Shown here one piece after another: positions 49,551-60,900 of a DNA stretch of 64,000 nucleotides. A program made the translations under genes and the position numbers. The first letter of the stretch is position 1; each line of letters begins with the position of its first letter. Below the pieces are notes generated by a model. That model was not told the DNA's origin. It did not search any database and was given only the letters and a program-made list of their open reading frames with translations. The stretch lies in the IMG/VR virus record IMGVR_UViG_3300023174_002543, positions 62,001 to 126,000 of that record, one strand, 5' to 3'.

Positions 49551-49551
49551 A

Positions 49552-50385
49552 ATGTTAGTAAGATATAGAACAACAGGTAATCAAACACTAGCAAACTTTC
49601 AAACAGATTTAAACGCTATCATTACCGGCGGTGTTGCTGCAACAACTGATTTGACAGCCCCAGCTAGAACATTTAGTTCCATATTTGGAACATATCCAGC
49701 GGGTATTTATAGTCGTGTAAATGGATCTACTTATACATATAGCAAAGCACATAATGTCATTGCCGGTTATACTCATTATTTTAGATTTGGATTTACAGCT
49801 ACAACATTAAACACATTGGATTTAGCACAGAGTTACACATCAGGTACTGATACACTAGTCAATACATTTCAAAGAACTTCGTTAGGTATTAATCCAACTG
49901 TTAACTATGATCCTAATTATCCGATTGGTATGGATATTATTGTTAGTAACAAGGGTATTTTCCTTCAAGCACTACAATCTAACCAAGCACTTGGCATTTT
50001 TGATATTGGTCATAGCGGGGTCACACGTGCTTATACTAGCTCTATGTTAATGGTGTTGCAAGACATGCAAAACGTTATTAACTATGGTGCAAATACTGGT
50101 ATTACAATCCCGTATACATATAGTTTTGATACATTAAGTTACGTCACTAATTCAACTACATCACATATTAACATTACACCATTAAAGAAATTTACTGCAA
50201 CTTCACAATTAGCAGTATTTGAAAATCCAGTATATTTGACCAACACGCCTTCAGGTAGTACTATTAACTTGATATATGGTCTTTATAAACTTCCTACTGC
50301 TACTTTCTCAGGTATTCAACTTTACCAAGATAGCAACAGTTTATATCGTTTAAGTTTAAACGATTATGCAATATTAATTAACTAA
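49552..50385 (+). CDS. Hypothetical, probable virion protein
   Basis: 277 aa, T/S/Y-rich; 1-nt gap to the upstream gene. Confidence 0.5.
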   Translation: MLVRYRTTGNQTLANFQTDLNAIITGGVAATTDLTAPARTFSSIFGTYPAGIYSRVNGSTYTYSKAHNVIAGYTHYFRFGFTATTLNTLDLAQSYTSGTDTLVNTFQRTSLGINPTVNYDPNYPIGMDIIVSNKGIFLQALQSNQALGIFDIGHSGVTRAYTSSMLMVLQDMQNVINYGANTGITIPYTYSFDTLSYVTNSTTSHINITPLKKFTATSQLAVFENPVYLTNTPSGSTINLIYGLYKLPTATFSGIQLYQDSNSLYRLSLNDYAILIN

Positions 50386-50397
50386 GAGAATAAAAAT

Positions 50398-51918
50398 ATG
50401 TTAGTATCTTTCAATCCAATGATTAACACAGGCGCAACAGTTGATGCTGCCTACATGAATTTTTTACGTTGTGTAAAAGCAATTTGTACTGCGGCAGCAG
50501 GTACAAGTAGTTTGACTGTAAATCCAATACTTGCTATTAACGGTACTAGTGATAGTACTATGAATTGTATTACTAGAATTTATGCTAATGCAGAAGCAGG
50601 CGGCTGGATAGAAAGTACTAGCAGTAACGTAATTCAACCGGGTACTGCATTTACTGCTATTGCAAGTGCTAGTATATTCCTATATAAATTTGATGCATAC
50701 AATGGTTCTGGTAAAGGCAGCATACCTTATAACAAATTATGTTTTCACACTAATACTGATGGCGGTAGTGACTTTACAGGTATGAATCGTACTATACCGC
50801 CTAGAAGTCAGTTTGCAAGTTATCCACAAGTTATGATGACATTTGGTAGTAGCACAACTACTGATTGGACTGATACTAGATTTGTACCTACTGGAACGGT
50901 AGCGGGTACTAATTATGTGAATTATGGTTATGCAACAGCAGGTGCTAGTGGATCTGGATATCAAAATCAAAGTATGACATGTCATGGTTTTATGAGCACT
51001 AGTGCAAGCTATTGGGGATTAAACTCAATGAACCCGTTTGCGTTAAACAGAACTTTCTTTTTGTCAGTTACTGCCAGCTATTGTATATTGTGGGAACAAT
51101 CTAGTCTTAACAGTTATACAACAGCACCGTTCTATGCAAACGATTTACAATTAAATAGCAATGCCGGTGCACTCACCGGTCAATCACCTACTTATAGTAA
51201 TAGTAGTTATACTAGCCCATATTATGGTTGTCTATATTACGGTGGACTGCGTGAAACACAAGCATGGGAAAATGCTATTTCAACTAATCCACCTTGGGTA
51301 GTAATGAATCTTTCATTTCACCGTTATCCCACACCACCTAACAGTACAAGTAGTGTGATGAATGGTACTCCAAATTGGATGGGTGCATATATGTGTACTA
51401 TCAATGATAGTGGTGTTGTAAACACCACGCCCACTACATATGTATCTGGTAATAGAAATGGTGCCTATGATTTTGATTTACCTTCAGGACACAACACAAG
51501 TTATAACTGTTATATTAACTTATATGGCGGCGCACAAAATCATAACGGAACTAATCCATATTCAGGACTACTAAGCCCATTTGTAACTAGAAGTTGGACA
51601 GGTAATCCTAGTTATGCAAGTGTTTCAGGGGGTGTAGCTAACACAAATCAATTTTATATGCCAACAGTTGATCCAGTAACTGGTACTGCTGTTCCTAGTG
51701 CATATCCTATTGTTGCACGTAGACTTACATCAGGTTCTTGGACACCCGGTGGTGCTATTCGTGGATTATATAGAAGTTTAAGTATGCCAGTCGCAACTAT
51801 GAGAAACTATTTTGCCCCTGGTCAAACATTCAATATTTATAACTCCGTTACTGCAACAACAGATACTTACTTACCAGTTATTTGGGGTGAAGATATGTTC
51901 TTGGTTCGTTACGCATAA
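50398..51918 (+). CDS. Hypothetical, probable virion protein
   Basis: 506 aa, T/S/G/Y-rich; weak terminal similarity to 49552. Confidence 0.5.
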   Translation: MLVSFNPMINTGATVDAAYMNFLRCVKAICTAAAGTSSLTVNPILAINGTSDSTMNCITRIYANAEAGGWIESTSSNVIQPGTAFTAIASASIFLYKFDAYNGSGKGSIPYNKLCFHTNTDGGSDFTGMNRTIPPRSQFASYPQVMMTFGSSTTTDWTDTRFVPTGTVAGTNYVNYGYATAGASGSGYQNQSMTCHGFMSTSASYWGLNSMNPFALNRTFFLSVTASYCILWEQSSLNSYTTAPFYANDLQLNSNAGALTGQSPTYSNSSYTSPYYGCLYYGGLRETQAWENAISTNPPWVVMNLSFHRYPTPPNSTSSVMNGTPNWMGAYMCTINDSGVVNTTPTTYVSGNRNGAYDFDLPSGHNTSYNCYINLYGGAQNHNGTNPYSGLLSPFVTRSWTGNPSYASVSGGVANTNQFYMPTVDPVTGTAVPSAYPIVARRLTSGSWTPGGAIRGLYRSLSMPVATMRNYFAPGQTFNIYNSVTATTDTYLPVIWGEDMFLVRYA

Positions 51919-51927
51919 ATATAAGTA
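51915..51927 (+). promoter_or_regulatory. Late promoter candidates ATAAATA plus ATAAGTA
   Basis: Overlapping tandem motifs upstream of the GGGG RBS and the ATG at 51949. Confidence 0.65.
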
Positions 51928-51948
51928 TAACTTAATTTTAGGGGTAAC

Positions 51949-54900
51949 ATGGCAGACTCAAGCCTATCTAGTTTAGCACTATCCACATATAGCACAAATA
52001 CTTATTACAGTACATGGTTTAGTGGCACAGGATATTTAACTATACCAGCCGGATCTCAACTTGAATTTGGTGCTAATAATTTTACTATTGAGTTATGGTG
52101 GTACCCCACTTCAACAGTAAGACAAGCAATATATCATGGTAGTTTTGGTACAGATTGGTCTGTTGGTATTGACTATAATTCAGTCAGTACGAATAAAATT
52201 GGAATTTGGGCTAGTAGTAACGGTACTAGTTGGAATTTAATTAACAGTGACGCTGCTGGAAATGGTATAGGTACAATAACACCAACACAAAATGCATGGA
52301 ATCATATAGCGTATGTACGTAATGGTACAACATGGTCATTATATGTTAATGGTGTTGTAAGTGTAAATATTACTGGTTTGTCAGGTACGATTGTAAGTAG
52401 ATCCGCATCTACTAAAGCAATTGGTTGTTGGTGGTCAACAGGTGCTATGAGCCAAATACAAGGTTACGTAAGTAATTTTAGAATTCTTAATGGTACAGCA
52501 TTATATACCACAGCCTTTGATCCTCCCATCCAACAATTAACTGCAATTGCAAATACTGTTTTATTAACTTGTCAAAATATTACATCGATAGATAATAGTA
52601 CTGCTAATGGCGGAGTTGGTTTTGCTATTACCAGAAATAGCACTACCATCGGTGTTAGGCAGTTTACCCCACCATTATTAGTAACCAGTTCAGCAACATT
52701 AACTCCTACTTATAATAGCGGCACATTAACTTATACATTTAGTGCACCTACTAACATCTCTGTGATAAGAGTAATACCAACTGCAAATGATGCTGCAAAT
52801 GCAAGTATTAAATTCAACGGCAATGTTACATTAACTAGCGGTCAACCAACGGTAGCAAGTGCTGCACCATATTTGAATAGTGGCTATAGTGCAAACTTTG
52901 TTAGTGGTTTATTACAAACCGCACATAATACCAATCTTAACATAGCTGGATATGCTTGGACTATTGAGTTTTGGACATATATTACTACAAGTAGCCTTAC
53001 ATGTATATTTTTTACAAAAAAAGCAAGCGGCGCAAGTACCGGTATAGCATATCAAGGTGGATTGCAATCAGGGGTACCGAGTTTTAGCCAGGCAGGTAGC
53101 ACTAGTTTTGTCAACACCGGCATACGTATGCCATTAAATGCATGGACGCATGTTGTGTACGTATATGACGGTGGTGTTGCATCCACTAGTACGGGAAACA
53201 TATCCGTATACTTTAATGGTGAAAAGGTGGTTAACTTTGTTGTTAATACCTTTGTAGACAACACAGAACCATTGACTATTGGTGGTAGTAGAGGTTTAAC
53301 AGAATGGACAATTGGCAACATCAGTAACTTCAGAATGGTTAAGGGTTATCAATTATATAATGGTAATTTTACACCACCAACACAACCTTATGGTTTAACT
53401 CAACCTGCAAGCGCAGGTGTTCCTGCAATTATTAGTTCTGATATTAATAGCGGGTTTTTTAGTGGTACTAATGCATATCTTACTGTTCCTGGTACCAATA
53501 TAACTAATATTTTTACAGGTGATTTTACAATTGAAGCATGGTTATATCCAACTGCTGCCTTTGGCGCTTCTTGGGTTACGGCTGATGGTGGATTTTCAGA
53601 AATCCCAGTAATGATTTGTAACGCATCACCAACTGCGTTAAATTATTATTGGGCATTTGGTCCTAGTAGTACAGGTACTGTTAGATTTATTACTAGTTCT
53701 ATATATTTTAATACGGTAACTTCAACTGCAACTTGTACTGTTAATGCTTGGAATCATCTAGCACTTGTTAAAATTGGTACTACATATAAAATTTATGTTA
53801 ATGGCATAGGAACTTCAGGTACTACTATAACTACTTCGCCTGGTACAGCCTTTTCAGATGCTGTGGGTATTTCTATTGGTGCAAACAATAATAAATATGT
53901 CACTGGTTATATTAGTAATGCAAGAATAGTTAAAGGCACTGCCGTATATACTGAAAATTTCAGACCTTCAATCACACCATTAACTGCTATTTCAAATACA
54001 AGTTTATTAGTATTACAAAATAGATTAACCAGTGATGCAAGTACAAATAACTTAACACTAACAAACACTAACGTTACTGTAAATACTTCTATAACTCCAT
54101 TTGTTCTACCAGTTACAAGTTTAGTACAACCAAACGGTAGTAGCGTATTTTTTAACGGTAGCACATCACTAAGCGGTAGTGCTGACTTTACTGCAACAGG
54201 TAATTTTACAATTGAATGCTGGATTTATCCTACAGTATCTACTGAATGTGATATTTTAAAAATAGGTAATGAAGCAACGGGTCGTATAGTATTTGGTACA
54301 GGTTTGCCTGCAGCCGGTAATTTGTTTTATAACATTTATGGTGGAAGTAGCATTGTGATTGCTACAGGTATATCGACCAACACATGGCAACATGTCGCTA
54401 TTGTAAGAATCGGCACAACACTTACAGGTTATATCAATGGTGTTGCTGGAACTCCTGTAACAGGTGTGTCTGGAACATTAGGTAACACTAGTGGATTTAG
54501 TACAATGACTACTGGTACTGGATACATTACTAATTTGCGTTATGTTGTTGGCACTGCCTTATATACAAGTAACTTTAACGTATATAATTCACCACTAGTT
54601 ACAATAACAAATACAAAATTATTAATATTACAATCAAGTGTCACTACTGATAGTAGTACAAATAATTATACATTAACACCTACTTCACCTGCACCAACAT
54701 TATCAACTACAATCACCCCGTTTATAACTTACGGTGCAGCCAGTACACAATTCTTAAGCACTGCACTTGCATATCAAACTGTGGCAAATCCATATAGTCT
54801 TGCACTATCAATGGGTCAAGGACATAATAATTTTACTGCTGAAGCATGGGTATATTTAACCGCTAGTCCTGGTGGAGCACCAGGTGCTTTTATCATGCAA

Positions 54901-57900
54901 AAGGGTACAGGAGCAACAGGTGGCGTAGAGTGGGCTTTTAGTGTATACAATACTGGTATTTATTTTACATATGTTTCAGGTATCCCAACAGGCACTACTA
55001 CAAGCAATTCAATTACTGCAAATATTGTCACTGGTAGATGGATGCATTTGGCATTTACAAAAGTTGGAACTAGTTTGCATTTTTGGCTTAATGGAACTTA
55101 TGTTTATACACTTAATGGTGTGAACAATTTATATTATACTGCACAATATAATAGTTATTTTACTGTTGCAAATAATCAAGCCGCTAGTGGCGCTGCATTC
55201 CCAGGATTCATTAGTAACGCACGTGTAGTATACGGTAAAGCAATATATACTACCAACTATGATGCACCGTTTATACCAAGCACTACACCATTAACTGTTA
55301 CACAAACTGCAACCTCATCAATTGCTAGTATTGATAATGCTAATTCATATAATATAGTTAACGGTAATAGTGTATTCTTTAATGGTACTAATGACTTCTT
55401 AACATTCCCTGAGCCAGCAAACTTATTTAATAGTGCATTATTTAACGGAACGAATCAATTTTTAATTCTCAACTCTGCATCACCGGGCCCGGCATTTGCT
55501 TTTGGTACGGGTGATTTTACTATTGAATTTTATTTTAATGGACCACCACAAACTAACAGGTTCTTTTATGATAATAGACCTAGCTCACCTAACGGATATC
55601 CACATGTAACTACAGGACTTACTACCAGCGTACTACGTTGGGGACCTACCAATCTACAAGGATCAATAATTATAGGTGATAATAAATGGCACCATTGTGC
55701 AGTAACAAGAGAGTCAGGTACAATAAAACTTTGGATAGATGGAGTATTAGACACAAGCGGCAGTGATACAACAAATTATAGTACCAATTATGGCGTCTAT
55801 ATAGCTTTTGATTCTGTTCCTTCAACTTGGCTAGCAGGCTTTTTAAGTAATTATCGTATTATAAAAGGTACTGCATTATACACAACAAATTTCACACCAA
55901 GTACAACACCATTAACAAGAACAAGCCAAGGCGCTATAGCAAGTCAGGTTTCGTTATTGACTTTGCAAAATCCTACAATCGTAGACAATTCAACTAATGC
56001 ATTTACTATTACAAACAGCGGAACGCCGTCAACACCAACATCACTAAATCACCCATTCGCACTATACGTAGGTGATGGTACAAACGTAACAATTGAAGCG
56101 TGGATTATGTTAGGTTCGGTACCAACTGCTCCGAGAGGTTTTATTATTAATAATAGTGCAACCACTACAGGTTATTTTGGTATTGCGGTCGAATCAGGTA
56201 CAACAAATGCAGCACGTTCTATATCAGTATGGAGTGACAGTAACGCTACATCAGTACTAGCATCAACCACATTAGTTCCATTATATACATGGACACATGT
56301 TGCAGTAATGTTTGCTAATAATTTAATAACAGTTTATATCAACGGTGTACGTGATGCAACTACTGTTGCTAAAACTACTATTTGGCAAGCCGCGACATTG
56401 GGTACAGTGTATATCGGCAGACAGGCAAGTACAGCTGCACAATATTTTCCTGGATATATAACTAATTTAAGAGTAGTATATGGAACCGCTCTATATTCTA
56501 TAAATACAGTCAAGTTCACTGTACCCACAGGCCCATTAACTGCAATCACAAATACAGTATTCTTGGGATTACAGTCTAGCGTTACATTTGATGCCAGTAC
56601 TAACAATGCAACAATAACAAAAGGGTCAGGCGCAACTGGTTTAATACTAGCACCATTAACAAGTCCATTCCAAACTTATTTACCAAGTGTTACCAATGGA
56701 TATAGTATTGGGCTTGGATTTCTTGGTTCAGGAGCTAATGATTACATTAGCTATATCTTTGGTAATGGAGTTGCTGGCATTCAAATGACAGGTGATTTTA
56801 CTGTTGAAACTTGGGTGTTCTTACCACAATATCCTAGCAATAGAATTGCTATTCTCAATAGTCAAAACACAGCCAATGACGCTGGCGCCGGATGGGATAT
56901 TCTATCTACTGGTCAAGTTTCATTTAACTCGGGTGGTAACACGTGGCTTAGTAGTACTACTTTTATTGGAATTAACACTTGGTATCATCTAGCACTTACT
57001 AGACAAAATTCTACTGTTAGATTGTGGATTAATGGTGTGCAGGATGTCACAACTGGTACAACTACAGTTTCATTTGCTCAACCTAGCACTAACGTAATAT
57101 ATATAGGACGTAACGCATCAGGCTTAGTTGGAAACGCTTATTTTAGCAATTATAGATGGTTTATTGGTACATGTTTATATACCGGTACTTTTACCCCAAG
57201 TCTAACACCATACGCAACAACAACTAATGCAAATGCAAATGTATCGGCAGTAAATGGTATAACATCATATCCCAATATAGGAAGTTATGGTCTTACTTAT
57301 AGCGGTAGTATAAGTATGACTAACGCTGGTCATGCAGTTACTAGTACTACTGTAGGAACTTATACTGGTTATTGGGATTTGGCTACATATGATTTTACTG
57401 TTGAAGCATGGTTTAATAACACACTAATGACAGGATTTGGTAGTATTACTGCAATCGTAATTGCGGGTAATGGTGCAAATGCATCAGACAATGCGTGGTC
57501 ATTATCTACGACAAAATCTAGTTTAACTCAAGCAACACTAATTTTCTCTAGTGGTGGCTCTGGTCAAGCGCAACAACTAACACACACAACCCCAACACTT
57601 AATATTAACTCAAATCAATGGTATCATGTTGCAGTAGTTCGTATAGGAATCACACATACAATATATCTAAATGGTTTACCGGTTAGTGTATTCATATTGT
57701 CTAGCGGACAGTTGATGGGCGCTACAGCAATGCCTTCAACTTATGCAAAAATTGCGATTGGTTCTAATTTGTCAAATGGAACAGTAACACAACCCTTCAA
57801 CGGTTATATTAGTAACGTTCGTGCAATAAAGGGATATGGTGTGTATACTGGTCAATTCTTACCAAGTACAAGTCCATTAACAAACACACAAAGTGCAGTT

Positions 57901-60900
57901 AACAATAATAATGCAATTACAGGCACAGTTACCAGTTTACTAGCATTGCAAAATTCAACTACCTTAGATGCAAGTTCAAATAATTTAACATTAACTGCTA
58001 CCGGTAGCCCAACAGTAAGTTCAACAGTTGTTCCTTTTCTACCTGGTGTAAATGGTTATAGCACTTACTTTAATGGTACTACTGATTATATTCAGATGCC
58101 CATCCCAACATCAGCCGCTACTGCTGCAAATGGGCAGTTTACGCTTGAAACATGGATATATTGTACTAATATCTTAACTAATCCTTTTATTGTAAGTTCT
58201 TGGTATTTCTCAACTCCGTTGTCAAGTTCATGGCAATTGCAATTGTTTAATGGTTATTTACAATTTGGTTATGGAATTGGTAGTGTTACTAATACTATAA
58301 CCGGTACTACTAGAACAGTTTCATCTAGTACATGGACTCATGTTGCAGTAACAAGAGATTCAAACAATCTTATTACTTTCTATGTGAATGGTATAGCAGA
58401 TGCCACTACAACAACTGTAGTAGGTACATTTAATACCAACGTTAATCAAGGTGTAAGAATAGGATCAGGTGTTGGTTCTGGTCAGGCTTGGTTATTGGGA
58501 TTTCAAGGATATATCAGTAACTTAAGATTTGTCAGAGGTATAACTGTATACACCGGTGCATTCACACCACAAACAACACCATTAACTGTAACACAAAGTT
58601 CAGGTACTAATATTAGTGCAATTTCTGCTGCCGCATCAAATGCATATAGTCTTGCATTTGTTGGCAATAACGGTGCAGCATTAGCCAACGTTAATATTCC
58701 GCAATATCTTAGCGTATCAGGTGGGTCGTTATTCAACTTTGGTACAGGTAATTATACAATTGAATGCTGGGCATATGCAAATACTATTAGTGATGGTAGA
58801 ACTATATTCAATATGTATTCAAGTTTTTTTGGAACCTTTATCAGATATGCAAGCACAACCGGATGGCAACTATATTATAATGCCGGTGGAAGTTCAACTA
58901 CCTATACTTTTAACAGTACCAATAGTGGACTTGGTTTTTGGGTTCATCATGCACTAGTTAGGTCTAGTGGTACACTATATTGGTATATTAATGGAGTGAA
59001 TGTGTTCAGTGTAGCAGAGTCTACGAATTATGTATACACTACATTAGATATCGGATATTATAATTCACCTACATACAATTGGAGCGGATTCATTAGTAAC
59101 TTTAGAATTGTTAAAGGAACTGCAATCTATACTAGTGGTACAGCATCATTTACCGTACCTACTTCCCCGTTGACTGCGGTTGCAGGCACATTGATATTAA
59201 CTGGACAAAATGCAACTATCGTTGATAACGGTACTGCAAACTTTGGTGCTAGCTTTACTATTTTTAATAATAACGCAGTTACAACCACTGCACTTATTTC
59301 TCCGTTCATAAGTGGAAATACACAATTATTATTGTTGCAATCTCCCACATTATTTACATCAATGACTGATGCTGGACCTAGTAACTTTATGGGAACAGTT
59401 ACAGGATTACCAGTAGTTAATACTACTAGTATGACATTTTCACCGTTCTTGAATGCTAACGGACGTAGTGTATTCTTTACAGGAAGCAGTCAATATATAA
59501 CTGCACCAAGCAACAGTGTATTTACATTTGGTACAGATGATTTTACTATTGAGGGTTGGATATATTTAGTAAATGGTACTACAAGTGGCACATTATATGA
59601 TGCCAGAACAGGTTTAACTACCGTTAGCGCACAAATTTACATTCAATCAAACATTGTTAATTATGCAGTGGCAGGTGTTAGTGTCATTAATTCTAGTACA
59701 ACAATACAACCATTAAGTACTGCAACATGGTATCACATCGCAGTGGTTCGTATTTCAAATGTAACAAGATTATATGTAAACGGGTTGCAAGCAGGTAATA
59801 GTTATGTAGATAATAATAACTATGTTATCGGTGCACCGTATATTGGTACCGGCTTCGGTTCTAGCAATCCATTGAATGGATATATTAGTAATCTACGTGT
59901 AGTTGATGGCACCGGAGTATATTCAAATAGTTTTGTTGTTCCAATTACACCATTAACAAGTACACAAAGTAGTAGTTCAAGTATTATAGCATTGAATAAT
60001 GCAACACCAGTTTTAGGTAATAGTGTTTATTTTAACGGCGCTAGTGATTATATGAAAGTTTCTGGTGTAGTGTCTTTCATGAATACAGGCGACTTTACAA
60101 TTGAAACATATTACTATCCAACTAGTTTTGCAGCAGTCACTACATTATTTGGTCAATATACAGCCGCAACAACAGCATTGGGCTATTGGAACGTTCAAAT
60201 AACTACTGCAGGTATTATAACGGTATACTATAATGGTTCTACTAACTTTCCTGCAAGTACTGCAATTTTTGTTAATGAATGGGTACATATTGCACTAGTA
60301 AGAATTAGCGGTACTATTACATTATATGTTAACGGGGTAAGTTACGGAACAGCGAGTTTTGCAACTCAGTTTGGTTTAACAAGTATCTCATCACCGTTAT
60401 TTATTGGTGCAACACAGTTAAGTGGACCAGTGCAATATGCGTTAGGTTATATGAGTAACTTCCGTATTGTTAAAGGTTTAGGTGTTTATACAGGAGCATT
60501 TACAGTACCAACTAGCCCATTAGGTAGTACACAAAGTTCAGGTACTAATATCGCTGCAATAACCGGTACAAGTACAAGTTTACTTCTATTCCAAAATTCA
60601 CCTTATACCGACAATAGTACATTCAATAATCCTATAACAGGTTTTGGTAATCCATTATATTCACCAGTATTCAGTCCATCATTCTTTAGTTATCCAACTC
60701 CGGCAAACGGTAATAGTGGTTACTTCAATGGTTCAACTTCATATCTATCACTAACACAACCTAGCAATGCAAGTACAGGTGATTTTACAATTGAATTATG
60801 GGCTTATCCTACATCACTTACCGCTATAGGTTATTTAATGAGCACAAGCACTGCTGCATCTACTGCTTCTACTACTAACGGATATGTAGCATTAAACGGT

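Noticed and set aside
183-51918. Possible TAG stop-codon reassignment (no gene here ends in TAG; most end in TAA, three in TGA)
   Set aside because: All genes read through intact under the standard code with no in-frame TAG. TAA preference is expected in AT-rich, highly expressed late genes.
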